Virus record (IMG/VR): IMGVR_UViG_3300045988_086557
Source: a virus
Length of the DNA: 64,000 nt
Strand: one strand, 5' to 3'
The notes under the pieces were generated by a model. The model was given only the letters and a program-made list of their open reading frames with translations, ran no database searches and was not told the DNA's origin. Shown here piece after piece: positions 27,302-38,335 of the stretch; position 1 is the stretch's first letter, and each line of letters opens with the position of its first letter. The position numbers were made by a program, and so were the translations under genes.

Positions 27302-27532
27302 TTGTTATATTTACTTATAGGTATTCTTATTGGATCGTTGGGTATTCCAATCATTTTGGACTTGAAAGAGCTTATTTCTGTCTTTGTAGAACTCTTAAAA
27401 GCGAGATTAAGTATAAAAATAGTAGAGTGTAATGCTAAAATAGATAAATTAAATAACTCTATAAATAAGAGTGTAAAAGTTATAGGATTTACTACTACTA
27501 CATCAGAAGAGAAAGAGGAAAATTATGAATAA
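27302..27532 (+). CDS. small membrane protein (TTG start)
   Basis: ORF track; hydrophobic N-terminus. Confidence 0.3.
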   Translation: MLYLLIGILIGSLGIPIILDLKELISVFVELLKARLSIKIVECNAKIDKLNNSINKSVKVIGFTTTTSEEKEENYE

Positions 27533-28781
27533 AGATATTCGGTTCTATGATACTTGTTCACTATTGATATGCGGAGAAGGCTTATTCAATAATGATGAAA
27601 AATTTATTGTATCATCAATTACTTTTCAGGAATTGGAAAGAATTAAAACCGCTAACAATAAAGATTCAGATATAAAATATTCAGCTAGATTATTGCTACA
27701 TTTATTTGAAACGCACCCTGATATGTATGAAGTAGTAATCCATCAAACAGATTTTGAAGACTATATTAAAGAAATGTGTCTTGACGTAACGGATGATACA
27801 AGGATACTGTCTGATGCAATTTGGTATAATAATAATAAAAGAGTGGATGAAGTCATCTTTGTAACAAATGATTTAAGCCTAAAGCATATTGCAAATCTAT
27901 TCTTCGGGTCTGACATGATAGAAAGTATTCCAGAAGAAACTGATAATTATAGTGGATATAAAGAAATTTCTGCTAGTGATGAGAATCTTACAGAGTTTTA
28001 TCAAAAACCAGAGCTGAATCATTTTAATCTTCATGTTGGAGAATATCTCATTATAAGAGATATGGATGATAAAGTGGTAGATTTGAGAGTATGGACTGGA
28101 AACGACCATAGATATCTAAATTATAATGACTTTAATTCAAACTGGTTTGGAAAAGTAAAGCCATATCAAAATGATATTTACCAAAAATTACTTTTTGATA
28201 GCTTATCTAATAATAAAATTACCTTGATTAAAGGGCCTGCGGGATCTGGTAAAACATTTATTAGCTTAGCCTATTTAATGTCTAAGCTAGAAAAAGGCGA
28301 ACTTGATCATATTATTGTATTTTGCAATACCGTTGCCACAGCCAATAGTGCAAGATTAGGATTTCTACCTGGAACAAGAGATGAAAAACTATTAGACTCT
28401 CAAATCGGCAATCTCCTAATATCTAAATTCGGCGGTAGAACGGGAGTAGAACATCTTATGAGCGAAGAAAAATTAATTTTACTACCAATGTCGGATATTA
28501 GAGGATATGATACCAATGGTTCAAGAGCAGGTATATACATTTCTGAAGCTCAGAATTTAGATCGTACACTTATTAAGTTGGCTCTTCAAAGAATTGGAGA
28601 GGATTGCATTTGTATCATTGACGGCGATGAAAAAACTCAAGTTGATGATATTCATTTTGCTGGCATAAACAATGGAATGAAACGAGTTTCTAAAGTTTAT
28701 AGAGGACAAGATATATACGGTGAAGTAGAACTCCGTAATATTTATAGATCTAGAATCGCGCAAATAGCTGAATATATTTGA
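27525..28781 (+). CDS. phoH: PhoH-like ATPase with N-terminal PIN-like domain
   Basis: LIKGPAGSGKTFISLAY Walker A; 418 aa; TGA stop. Confidence 0.65.
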   Translation: MNKDIRFYDTCSLLICGEGLFNNDEKFIVSSITFQELERIKTANNKDSDIKYSARLLLHLFETHPDMYEVVIHQTDFEDYIKEMCLDVTDDTRILSDAIWYNNNKRVDEVIFVTNDLSLKHIANLFFGSDMIESIPEETDNYSGYKEISASDENLTEFYQKPELNHFNLHVGEYLIIRDMDDKVVDLRVWTGNDHRYLNYNDFNSNWFGKVKPYQNDIYQKLLFDSLSNNKITLIKGPAGSGKTFISLAYLMSKLEKGELDHIIVFCNTVATANSARLGFLPGTRDEKLLDSQIGNLLISKFGGRTGVEHLMSEEKLILLPMSDIRGYDTNGSRAGIYISEAQNLDRTLIKLALQRIGEDCICIIDGDEKTQVDDIHFAGINNGMKRVSKVYRGQDIYGEVELRNIYRSRIAQIAEYI

Positions 28782-28784
28782 TTT

Positions 28785-28818
28785 AAACCCAATCTCTTTA
28801 GAGATTGGGTTTTATTAT
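28785..28818 (+). terminator. rho-independent terminator
   Basis: AAACCCAATCTC TTTA GAGATTGGGTTT TATTATTG. Confidence 0.75.
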
Positions 28819-28834
28819 TGAAAGGAGATAAAGT

Positions 28835-29689
28835 ATGGGATATAGTATCAAAAAACATAGTCTCTATTCTTATGTTCAAATTGTAACAATTCCCTTCACA
28901 GACATTGAAAAAATTGACTTTGCCTTATGCAATCAACCGACGGAAACTCCAGATGCTTATTATAAAAGACAGGCTACTAAACCAGATATTATTACTAATG
29001 GAGGTTTCTTTGCCATGAATAATGGCAACACCTGCTTTAGTTATAAAGACGAAGGAACTGTTATTTAGTCTGATTTTCGTCATGGAGTTGCAATTAGCGG
29101 CAATAAAACACTTATATATACAACATTAAAAGATTATGAAACCGCTAGAGATTTTATCGCAGCTTATCCTGCATTAATTATAGATAGCAAAAAAGTAGTT
29201 ATAACAGATGGAAAAGAATTAGATTATAAAGCCCGCAGGACTTGTATTGGATGGAATAAAAATAATTATTATATTGTAACCGTAGATTCTCCAGGTCTTG
29301 TTTATGCTGCCCTATAGCAAATTTTTCTTGAATTGAAAGTAGAATATGCTATTAATTTAGATGGAGGCGGATCTACTAGATTACTAATAGATGGGAAAAG
29401 AAAAACTTCTCAAATTTATGCAAGATCAGTTGATAATGTAATGTGTGTATATTTTAAGAAAGAACAAGAGGTAGTTCTTTACAGAGTTCAAGTAGGAGCA
29501 TTTCTATCTAAAACCAATGCAGAGAATATGTTAAAGGAATTGGAAGAGAAAGGATTTAGCGGGTATGTCAAGAAAGTAGGAATTTTTTATAAAGTTCAAT
29601 TAGGTGCTTTCTCTGTGAAATTAAATGCAGAAAGACTAAAAGATAAATTAAAATCTGCTGGATATAGCTCTTTCATTACAAAAAAATAA
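28835..29689 (+). CDS. phosphodiester-glycosidase (NAGPA-like) domain protein with two C-terminal SPOR peptidoglycan-binding repeats; 2 in-frame TAG
   Basis: ORF-track 28835..29068 and 29333..29689 same frame 2; INLDGGGSTRL motif; YRVQVGAF and YKVQLGAF SPOR repeats. Confidence 0.55.
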
Positions 29690-29691
29690 AA

Positions 29692-31101
29692 ATGACTAAT
29701 GCTCAAATTATTTGGAAATACTTTAAAGGCAAAGGTTTTAGTGATTGCGGAATTGCCGGTTTAATGGGTAATCTTTATGCCGAAAGTGGTCTTAATTCTA
29801 TTAACTTATAGAACACCTATGAAAAAAAATTAAAAATGACCGACGCAGGATATACCTCCGCAGTTGATGATGGAAGGTATAAAAACTTTGTAAAAGATGG
29901 AGCGGGATATGGATTGGCTCAATGGACATTTTGGAGCAGAAAACAAAATTTGCTTTAGTTCTGTCAAAGTCGAGGTAAATCCATTGGAGATTTAAATACT
30001 CAATTAGATTTTTTATATTAGGAGTTAATTACAAGTTTTTCTAGTTTAGTTAAAATTTTGATTTCTGCCACTTCTGTCACAGAAGCCTCTACCGCAGTAT
30101 TACTCTAGTTTGAAAGACCTTCAGACTAGAGTTTTTCTATGCAACAAAAGAGGGCTAATTATGGTCAATAGTATTATAATAAATTTGCTAACATTTCAAA
30201 TGTAATTGAAGGAGGTAATAAAATGAAATATAGCGATAGCAATAAACCACTTCAATGTATGATGACAAATAGCACTTGCTATAAACAAACACGCACCATG
30301 CAAGTTAAAGGAATCTTATGGCATAGTACTGGTGCAAATAATCCTAATTTAAAAAGATATGTATAGCCAAGCGATAATGATCCTAACTACACCAGTTTAA
30401 TAAATAAATTAGGAAAAAATACTAGCAAGAATGACTGGAATCATATATCTGTTCAAGCTGGATTAAACTGTTGGATTGGTAAATTGGCTGATGGAACAGT
30501 AACAACAGTATAGACAATGCCATGGAATTATCGTCCTTGGGGATGCGGTTCTGGGTCTAAAGGTTCTTGTAATAATGGATGGATTCAGTTTGAAATTTGC
30601 GAAGATGGATTAAATGATGCAAATTATTTTAACAAAATTTATGAAGAGGCTTGTCAAATTACTGCTTATTTATGTAAAATGTATAACATAAATCCATTGG
30701 GAACCACTACTTTAAATGGTATCACCGTTCCGACTATTTTATGTCATGCTGATAGTCACAAGCTAGGATTAGGATCTAATCATGCAGATGTAAACCATTG
30801 GTTTCCAAAATTTGGGAAAAGCATGGAAACCGCAAGAACAGATGTTTATAATTTAATGTCAAATATCTAGGAGGATGATGAAGATATGACTGACGAGAAA
30901 TTCGCTGAACTTATGAATACTTGGCTTACTAATAAAGCTAATGAAAAAGAAACTTGGGGCACCGATAATCTTGAATGGGCTAAAGCGAATGGGATTATGG
31001 CTGGAGACAGTGCTGGAAGAATGATGCCAAATAAATTCTGCACTAGATTAGAAACTGTAACTATGTTAAGAAGATTGGCTGAAAAGCTGGGTTTAAAATG
31101 A
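29692..31101 (+). CDS. three-domain lysin: phage-tail-lysozyme-like domain + amidase_2 (PGRP-type) + C-terminal SLH; ~9 in-frame TAG; internal in-frame RBS+ATG at 30223
   Basis: frame 1 continuous from ATG 29692 through ORF-track 30517..30870 and 30886..31101 to TGA; GIAGLMGNLYAESG...FERP; ILWHSTGANNP...HADVNHWFPKFG; WAKANGIMAG...TRLETVTMLRRL SLH. Confidence 0.6.
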
Positions 31102-31433
31102 AAAAATTAGAATTTTCCAAAAAACTTATAAATGATATTCGTATGTTATTATGGGTCGTGACTGTGTCAGGTATCCTTTTGGCATTTATGTGTATTTATA
31201 TGGGATATTTAGGAACCCTTCCATGGATTAGTGCTCTTGTTGGTCTACCATGGAGCGCCCACGGAGTAGTTTGTTCTTTTTATTTAGCAATGGCTAAATC
31301 AGATCACAAAAAGGGCGGCATTACTTATGACCTAGCTTTAAAAGAAACTGAATTCAATTCTGCATATAACATCCCCGCAGAAGATTTTTCAGCCTCTAAT
31401 GATATTCCCATTGATCTCGATGGTCCTATTTAA
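31098..31433 (+). CDS. holin (two TM helices)
   Basis: ATGA overlap with lysin stop; TMs MLLWVVTVSGILLAFMCIYMGYL and WISALVGLPWSAHGVVCSFYLAMA. Confidence 0.5.
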   Translation: MKKLEFSKKLINDIRMLLWVVTVSGILLAFMCIYMGYLGTLPWISALVGLPWSAHGVVCSFYLAMAKSDHKKGGITYDLALKETEFNSAYNIPAEDFSASNDIPIDLDGPI

Positions 31434-31437
31434 TATA

Positions 31438-31478
31438 AAGGCTTAATGAGTTAAATACTCATTAAGCCTTTATTTGTT
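31438..31478 (+). terminator. rho-independent terminator
   Basis: AAGGCTTAATGAGT TAAATA CTCATTAAGCCTT TATTTGTTTG. Confidence 0.75.
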
Positions 31479-31502
31479 TGTAGTTTGATTTTTCTTAAAA
31501 TA

Positions 31503-31513
31503 TATGATATTAT
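31503..31513 (+). promoter_or_regulatory. promoter TATGATATTAT
   Basis: motif family variant. Confidence 0.45.
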
Positions 31514-31559
31514 ATATTAAGAAAATAAAAAGAATAAAAATAAAGGAGCATTTGTATTT

Positions 31560-32024
31560 ATGACTATATATACTGATGGTTCTTGCTTAGGAAATCCCGG
31601 CCCAGGAGGTTTTGGGGTTATAGTAGTTGATGATAATGGTATCGTTATAGCTGCTTATGCAGAGCGTGAACCTAAAACTACTAATAATAGGATGGAAATG
31701 TCTGCTATAATTTATGCTCTTGAAAACTATGGAGCTAAAGATGGAGATTTCTTTGCCCCTATTGTTTATAGCGATTCCGCTTATTGTGTAAATAGTTTTA
31801 CTTCATGGATTAAAGGATGGAAAGCTAATGGTTGGACAAGAGCTGGAGGTAAAAAGCTAGAAAATCTTGATTTAATTAAGACCTATGATATGTTAAGCAA
31901 AGACTATAGAATTGATTTAAGAAAAATCAAAGGTCATGACGGAGAGCTTTATAATGAACTAGCTGATGCATTAGCTACTGGAAGAATGACCTCAGAAGAA
32001 ATTTTAAGAGAGTATGGTGAATAA
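31560..32024 (+). CDS. rnhA: ribonuclease H
   Basis: MTIYTDGSCLGNPGPGGFGVIV; DSAY; HDGELYNELAD. Confidence 0.7.
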   Translation: MTIYTDGSCLGNPGPGGFGVIVVDDNGIVIAAYAEREPKTTNNRMEMSAIIYALENYGAKDGDFFAPIVYSDSAYCVNSFTSWIKGWKANGWTRAGGKKLENLDLIKTYDMLSKDYRIDLRKIKGHDGELYNELADALATGRMTSEEILREYGE

Positions 32025-33914
32025 ATGTCAGATAAGTTATATAATGAAAAAAGTATTGAGTCATTAAGTCCTCTAGAATTTACTCGTTTAAGACCTGGGG
32101 TATATTGCGGAGATACATCAACTTCTACTCAATTAGTAGTAGAGATTGTATCAAACTCGGTAGATGAATTTAGATTGGGTCACGGTAATGAAATAGACGT
32201 ACAAATTAATGGTGCCAGAGTGTCTGTCAGCGATCATGGTCAAGGATTTATTCCTAATTCTTTTAGAGAAGATGGGAAAACAATTTTGGAAGCCGCATTT
32301 AGTGTATTAAATACCAGTGGTAAATATAGAGAAGATGGAACTTATGAGGGAACTTCTCTTGGTAGTTTTGGTATTGGTAGCAAACTTGCAACTTATCTTA
32401 GTCATGAATTAACTGTGTGGACATATAGAGATGGAGAAGGAGAACAAGTAAGATTCAAAGAGGGCATTTTTGAATCTAGAGATTCTTGTAAGGTTGATAA
32501 AAATGTTCATGGAACTTCTGTTTTCTGGATTGCAAGTGAAGAGTTTTTTACTGATCCAAAGCCAGACGCAAAAGCATTAAACTCCTTATTTAAAACTATT
32601 GTATGTCTCTGTCCAGGGCTAACTATCAAACTAGATGATAATGGAAAAAAGACAGAGTTCTTCTCTAAGAATGGTCTTATGGATTTGTTAGATGAAGGCG
32701 TTAAGGGAAAAGAGATTCTGAAAAATCGTTTCTCAATTAATTTTTCCGAAGGTAAAAATAAGTTGGATTTAGCTCTAACTTACACAAATAACTACTCTTC
32801 TACGATTGTTCCATATGTAAATACTGGTTTAACAGAAGCAGGTCCGCATATTACGCAAATTAAAACCCTTTTAACAAGAGAATTTAATAAATTCTTCCGA
32901 GAAAAAGGGTGGCTAAAAGATAAGGATGAAAATCTCTCTGGAGATGATTGCCAAGAAGGAATGTATCTTGTTTTTAATATTACAGCACCAAATATTGGAT
33001 ATGATGCTCAAGTAAAATCTCGTGTCACAAAACTAGATATGAAACCTTTTACACAAGCAATAGCAGAAGAGCTGCAATATTGGTTCACAACAAATGAAAA
33101 AGAAATTAAAAGTATCGCGGATAAAGCATTAAATGCTAGAAAAGCAAGAGAGGCAGCTCGTAAAGCAAGAGAGGCAGCAAGAGGAATAAAGACAAAGAAA
33201 GAAACCGGATTAAAGGCAAAAATAAAACTTAGTAATAAGTTTATTGATTGCGGAAATCGTAGTCCTAAAGATCGTAATCTCTTGCTTGTTGAGGGACTAT
33301 CAGCAGGAGCTTCCGCAGTAGAAGCGCGAAATCCTAAAACTGATTGCATTTATATGTTGCGAGGAAAGATTATCAGCCCATTAAAGACTGCTATTGATAA
33401 GCTGCTTTCTAACCAAGAAATGTCTGATATTATTAGGATCCTTGGTGGAGGTTTTGGTAAAGATTTTGATATTAGTAAATTAACTGTTGATAAAGTTGTA
33501 ATCACGGCTGATGCAGATAGTGATGGTGCAGATATTGAATTAATGCTTATTACTTTCTTCTATACATATATGCGTCCTCTTATTGAAGCTGGTAAGTTAT
33601 ATAGAGCTGTAACTCCATTATATATTATTCGACAAAAAGGAAAAGAGTATTACTGTTATAGTGACAATGAACTTGAAGAGTGGAAAAAGAATCATAGCGG
33701 CAGTTATGATTTACTTAGAGCTAAGGGATTGGGAGAATTAAATCCAGAGGATCTGCAAAAAGTATGTTTTATGAATGAAAGATATAAACGCATTACTATT
33801 AGTGATGCCAAAGCTACCACAGAATTGCTCGAAATTTTGATGGGAAGCGCAGTTGAACCCCGCAAGCAATATATCTATGATAATGCAGAAGAATTAGGAT
33901 TTAATTTTGAATGA
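32025..33914 (+). CDS. type II DNA topoisomerase ATPase/TOPRIM subunit (GyrB/ParE/T4 gp39-like)
   Basis: GHK ATPase N-term; TOPRIM LLLVEGLSAGASAVEARN; 629 aa no TAG. Confidence 0.7.
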   Translation: MSDKLYNEKSIESLSPLEFTRLRPGVYCGDTSTSTQLVVEIVSNSVDEFRLGHGNEIDVQINGARVSVSDHGQGFIPNSFREDGKTILEAAFSVLNTSGKYREDGTYEGTSLGSFGIGSKLATYLSHELTVWTYRDGEGEQVRFKEGIFESRDSCKVDKNVHGTSVFWIASEEFFTDPKPDAKALNSLFKTIVCLCPGLTIKLDDNGKKTEFFSKNGLMDLLDEGVKGKEILKNRFSINFSEGKNKLDLALTYTNNYSSTIVPYVNTGLTEAGPHITQIKTLLTREFNKFFREKGWLKDKDENLSGDDCQEGMYLVFNITAPNIGYDAQVKSRVTKLDMKPFTQAIAEELQYWFTTNEKEIKSIADKALNARKAREAARKAREAARGIKTKKETGLKAKIKLSNKFIDCGNRSPKDRNLLLVEGLSAGASAVEARNPKTDCIYMLRGKIISPLKTAIDKLLSNQEMSDIIRILGGGFGKDFDISKLTVDKVVITADADSDGADIELMLITFFYTYMRPLIEAGKLYRAVTPLYIIRQKGKEYYCYSDNELEEWKKNHSGSYDLLRAKGLGELNPEDLQKVCFMNERYKRITISDAKATTELLEILMGSAVEPRKQYIYDNAEELGFNFE

Positions 33915-33926
33915 GGAAGTGTATAA

Positions 33927-36293
33927 ATGAGTAGTTTAATTACAGAAGTAGATATTCTTGATGAAGCAAAAAACACATTTTTAACATATGCAGAAGAGGT
34001 TTTAACTGATAGAGCCATTCCTGCGGCGGAGGATGGGCTGTTAAGCGCGCAAAGAAAAATCATTTGGACTATGGAAGATTATTTAAAGATGAATAATAAG
34101 AGTAAGACCAAAAAGTGTAATGCTATTGTTGGTTCTACTCTAGCCACCTCTTACTTTCATGGTGATATTGCTTGCTATGGTGTTCTTCGAAAGATGGCAC
34201 AACCATTTTTAATGCGTTATCCTCTTATTACAGGACAAGGACAATTAGGAACTCAAGAAAATAATGATATGTTTTCTTCTTCTCGTTATACAGAGGCAAA
34301 ACCTTCATTATTTGCTGATATAATGATGAATGATTACAAGAAAAATGTAGTTCCAATTAAAGAAACATATAATGGAGAATTTATGGAGCCAGTGATTTTA
34401 CCAGCCCTTTTTCCAAATGCTATTTGCAATGGAAGACAAGCCATTGGTATTTCCATGGCCCATAATAGCGCTCCACATAATTTAACAGAAGTATGTAATG
34501 CAGCAATTGCTCTAATTCAAAAAGGCTCGCTCACTATTGATGAATTACTAACCTATATTCCTGGCCCAGATTTCCCTCTTGGCGGAACTGTTCTAAATAT
34601 CAAGGATATAAAGAGCGCGTTTAAAACGGGAAAATCCACAATCTCTTTGAAAATTCAAGGCGACTATGAAATTGATGGGCAAAAAATTATCTTTACAAGT
34701 ATTCCTTATAGAACCTATCGAAATAAAATAAAAGAGCAAATAGAGAAGAATATTGAAACATTAAGTGAGATTATTGAAGATTTTGATGATGAATCAAATA
34801 TCGGTAATAATAGGCTTGTATTTTATGTAAAAGATGGTGTTTCTGTATCTAAAGCATTAAATCAATTATTTGTATTAACTGACTTACAATCTTCTATTTC
34901 TTATAATATGAATTATATTGTAAATGGAACTCCTAGACTTTGCTCAATGATAGATTTATTACAGATTTATGTCAGCCATCAGGAAGATGTATTGATTAAA
35001 GCAACTCAGTTTGATAAGGAAAAAGCTGAGGCCCGCAAACATATTCTTGAGGGATTGATCGCTGCTGTTGACAAAATTGATGAAGTTATCAAAATTATTA
35101 AAAGTGCAAATAACACTAATGAAGCAAAGAAAGAACTAATTGCTTTCTTAGATGTAGATGATATTCAAGCTAAAGCTATTTTAGATATGAAACTTGGCAA
35201 ATTAACTCGCATTGATAAACAAGAGTTAGTTGACGAGCTAAACGAAAAAATAGAATTTATAGCTAAGTGTAATGAGTTGTTAAATAATAAAGAAGTAAGG
35301 AATAATAAGTTAATTAAACTTATTACCGAACTTAAAGATACATATGGAGATGCTCGCCGCACAAAACTTATTAATACAGAAATCCCTAAACAAGAGAAAG
35401 AACAAGTAGTTGTAGAGCCAGAAGATTGCGTTGTTATTATTTCTAGTAAAGGCACAGTAAAAAGAATTGCGAAAAAAGCCTTTAAACCTCAAAAAAGAAA
35501 TACTACTGGAATGAAAATTAATGACATTATAGCATTTTCTTCTGCTACAAATACACAAGATACTTTGATGATATTTTCATCAAAAGGAAAGATGTATAGA
35601 CTGCTCGTGGATAATATTCCAGAAGGAAATAACAATTCTATTGGCGTACCCTTATCTACTTTGATTACTTTTGAAGATAATGAAACTCCTATGGCATATA
35701 CTACTTTAACAAGAGATACAAATAAGAAGTTTATATTCTTTGCTACTAAAAAAGGAATAGTCAAAAAAGTTCCTCTGGAAGAATATGACGCAATGAAGAG
35801 AACTGGAATTGTATCAATTAAGTTAAAAGATGGTGATGAACTCGCCGCAGTAACTTTTATAAATCAAGAGGAAATGATACTTGTTACTAAAAATGGAATG
35901 ACTATAAGATTTAATACCGCGGAAATGCCAATTTCTTCTAGAACCGCGCAAGGAGTAAAAGGAATGAATATATCCGATGATGATAGTATTATCGCTGCAT
36001 TACCAATAAGCAATAATGCAGATTACCTTGCTATTATTTCAGAAGATGGTCTTGGAAAGAAAATTGAGCTAAAAGAGTTTAATAAACAAAACCGCGGTGG
36101 CAAAGGAGTATCATGTTACAAAGGAACAGTTGTCGGAGCAGAATTGGTGTCTGATGATAATGATATTTTAATTTCTGGTAATAAGAGTTCTATTGTCGTT
36201 AGTGTAAAAGATTTTCCCAAGCTATCAAGAATTTCTATAGGAAATATAATGATAAAAAATAATGATAAGATTATTTCAGTAGCCAAGATTTAA
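33927..36293 (+). CDS. type II DNA topoisomerase A subunit (GyrA/ParC/T4 gp52-like)
   Basis: active-site FSSSRYTEAK; 788 aa no TAG. Confidence 0.7.
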   Translation: MSSLITEVDILDEAKNTFLTYAEEVLTDRAIPAAEDGLLSAQRKIIWTMEDYLKMNNKSKTKKCNAIVGSTLATSYFHGDIACYGVLRKMAQPFLMRYPLITGQGQLGTQENNDMFSSSRYTEAKPSLFADIMMNDYKKNVVPIKETYNGEFMEPVILPALFPNAICNGRQAIGISMAHNSAPHNLTEVCNAAIALIQKGSLTIDELLTYIPGPDFPLGGTVLNIKDIKSAFKTGKSTISLKIQGDYEIDGQKIIFTSIPYRTYRNKIKEQIEKNIETLSEIIEDFDDESNIGNNRLVFYVKDGVSVSKALNQLFVLTDLQSSISYNMNYIVNGTPRLCSMIDLLQIYVSHQEDVLIKATQFDKEKAEARKHILEGLIAAVDKIDEVIKIIKSANNTNEAKKELIAFLDVDDIQAKAILDMKLGKLTRIDKQELVDELNEKIEFIAKCNELLNNKEVRNNKLIKLITELKDTYGDARRTKLINTEIPKQEKEQVVVEPEDCVVIISSKGTVKRIAKKAFKPQKRNTTGMKINDIIAFSSATNTQDTLMIFSSKGKMYRLLVDNIPEGNNNSIGVPLSTLITFEDNETPMAYTTLTRDTNKKFIFFATKKGIVKKVPLEEYDAMKRTGIVSIKLKDGDELAAVTFINQEEMILVTKNGMTIRFNTAEMPISSRTAQGVKGMNISDDDSIIAALPISNNADYLAIISEDGLGKKIELKEFNKQNRGGKGVSCYKGTVVGAELVSDDNDILISGNKSSIVVSVKDFPKLSRISIGNIMIKNNDKIISVAKI

Positions 36294-36330
36294 AGATAAG
36301 AGTGGTAAAACCACTCTTATCTTTAGTTGA
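36292..36330 (+). terminator. rho-independent terminator
   Basis: AAAGATAAGAGTGG TAAAA CCACTCTTATCTTT. Confidence 0.75.
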
Positions 36331-36347
36331 TTTTTCTTTTTTATTAT

Positions 36348-36353
36348 TATAAT
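36348..36353 (+). promoter_or_regulatory. -10 TATAAT in TTATTATTATAATATATTTATATAAAG
   Basis: motif family. Confidence 0.4.
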
Positions 36354-36374
36354 ATATTTATATAAAGAGAAAAA

Positions 36375-36581
36375 ATGAGGTTTTATATGATTGATAAATT
36401 AAAAAATTCTACTCTTATTAAATTCATACTAGTTGACATTCTTCTTGTCTTCGTTTTAGCTATGACAATATTTTTACCAATCATCTTATGTTTTACTGTT
36501 AGTCCTTGGTTTTTATTTTTATATGCCATTCCTATAGGAATTTACTTTGGATATAAAGAATATAAGGAGTTTGATAAATAA
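36375..36581 (+). CDS. small membrane protein
   Basis: two TM helices; TAATG coupling to ligase. Confidence 0.35.
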   Translation: MRFYMIDKLKNSTLIKFILVDILLVFVLAMTIFLPIILCFTVSPWFLFLYAIPIGIYFGYKEYKEFDK

Positions 36582-37687
36582 TGTATCCTGAAGCTAAAAT
36601 GATAGATGCTATGAAGGTGTGGAAATTACCTGCTGGTAAAGAATCTATGCTTTCTGAAATGTGCCAATCTGGAGATTATTTTCTCGAAGAAAAAATTGAT
36701 GGATATTGGTATGAGTTTGAAAAGACAGATAACTACAGTTATCTATTTTCTCGTAATACAAGTACAACAACTGGATTACTCTCTGAAAAAGGTGCAAATG
36801 TGCCTCATATTATTGAAGCCTTAAATTGTATGCCATCAAATACAATTTTAATTGGCGAGATTTATTATCCTGGAGGGACATCTAAAACAGTAACAAGCAT
36901 AATGGGATGCCTACCAGATTTAGCTATCAAAAGGCAAAAAGATAATCCTATTCATTATTATATACATGATATAATTGAATATGATAATATTAATTTAGTA
37001 AATGTCGGTGCAGAAGATAGATATAAAATCCTTGCGGCAGTATGGGAAAAACATAATTTATCACAATATAGTTTCTTGCGGCTAGCAGTAAAAGTAGACA
37101 CTAATCTTGAAGAAGAAATCTCTCGAATCTTGAAAAGTGGCGGCGAAGGCGCGGTTTTAAAGAAAAGGGATTATCCTTATACTCCTGGAAAACGTCCCGC
37201 TTGGTCTACAATTAAAATTAAACAGATGGATTCTATTGATTTAATCTGCATAGGTTTTTGTCCTCCAACAAAAGAATATACAGGAAAAGAGATAGATACA
37301 TGGGAGTATTGGGCTATTGAAAAACAAGGCGAGAATGGAGTATGGGTAGAACAAGAAAAAATAAATTCCTATAAAGCAATTAGATCTCCCGATTATAGAA
37401 CAATCCCTATTAGTAGATACTATTTCTATGGATGGAATACAGCAATTAAAGTTGGCGCTTATGATAATCAAGGCGAACTAATAGAATTAGGTACGGTTAG
37501 TTCTGGTCTAACTGATGACATGAAGCGCGATATGACTGAAAATCCGCAGAACTATCTTAATAAAGTTGTTTCTCTTGATTGCATGTCTATTGATAAAAAA
37601 GAACATACATTAAGACACCCAGTATTAAAGTTGTGGAGAGAAGATAAAGACACAAAAGATTGTATTATAGATGAAATTTTCTCATAA
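36581..37687 (+). CDS. ATP-dependent DNA ligase
   Basis: motif I EEKIDGYW (KxDG); 368 aa. Confidence 0.65.
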   Translation: MYPEAKMIDAMKVWKLPAGKESMLSEMCQSGDYFLEEKIDGYWYEFEKTDNYSYLFSRNTSTTTGLLSEKGANVPHIIEALNCMPSNTILIGEIYYPGGTSKTVTSIMGCLPDLAIKRQKDNPIHYYIHDIIEYDNINLVNVGAEDRYKILAAVWEKHNLSQYSFLRLAVKVDTNLEEEISRILKSGGEGAVLKKRDYPYTPGKRPAWSTIKIKQMDSIDLICIGFCPPTKEYTGKEIDTWEYWAIEKQGENGVWVEQEKINSYKAIRSPDYRTIPISRYYFYGWNTAIKVGAYDNQGELIELGTVSSGLTDDMKRDMTENPQNYLNKVVSLDCMSIDKKEHTLRHPVLKLWREDKDTKDCIIDEIFS

Positions 37688-37721
37688 AATCTAACTTTGC
37701 TGAGATATTTACCTAAAATTC

Positions 37722-37750
37722 TTGACTTAAAAAAATATTTTAGATATAAT
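37722..37750 (+). promoter_or_regulatory. sigma70-like promoter TTGACT-17-TATAAT
   Basis: TTGACT 37722-37727, TATAAT 37745-37750. Confidence 0.55.
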
Positions 37751-37785
37751 ATATATGTAATTCAGGGATAAAGGATAGAAATTAT

Positions 37786-37989
37786 ATGACCCGAAAATAG
37801 ATGAAAAAGCTCGCTCAAGAACTTTATAAATGTGAGCAAATTCACCAAAATGAAACTTCCTCAAAGGAAGAAAAATCCCGAGCCGATAATCGAATTATGC
37901 AGATTACCAATCAAATTATGTCATTAAGCGACGGGATAAATATTATGCTAGAAATTGACACTATGGTTCAAGATTTAGCAACAAATTAA
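37786..37989 (+). CDS. small hypothetical protein; real start ATG 37786 with in-frame TAG at codon 5
   Basis: RBS AAGGATAG precedes ATG 37786; ORF-track ATG 37801 has no RBS. Confidence 0.35.
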
Positions 37990-38017
37990 ATTAAAATAAA
38001 TTTATTATTAAAGGAGA

Positions 38018-38293
38018 ATGTCTACTATGGCAGCTATGAAAGAAAATACTCGTAAGGTTTTAGATTATTTAAAGGAGCATAATGGTGAAAATTTAACAGC
38101 GGCAGATGTTGCTGAAGCTCTTGGACTTGAGAAGCGTCAAGTTGATGGTATTTTTACTTCTGCTTTCCAACGCAAGGGACTTGGAGAGCGCGTTCCTGAT
38201 GAGGTAACTCTTGAAGATGGTTCTCATCAGAAGGTAAAGTATCTCCATTTAACTCAAAGCGGGCTAGATCTCGACCCAGACGCTCAAGAGTAA
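38018..38293 (+). CDS. hypothetical protein (possible DNA-binding)
   Basis: RBS AAGGAGAATG; 91 aa; TAA stop. Confidence 0.4.
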   Translation: MSTMAAMKENTRKVLDYLKEHNGENLTAADVAEALGLEKRQVDGIFTSAFQRKGLGERVPDEVTLEDGSHQKVKYLHLTQSGLDLDPDAQE

Positions 38294-38298
38294 TTTTG

Positions 38299-38331
38299 TT
38301 CGGGGAGAGGTTAACTCTCCCCGAATTTTTT
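38299..38331 (+). terminator. rho-independent terminator
   Basis: TTCGGGGAGAG GTTAA CTCTCCCCGAA TTTTTT. Confidence 0.8.
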
Positions 38332-38335
38332 AAAT

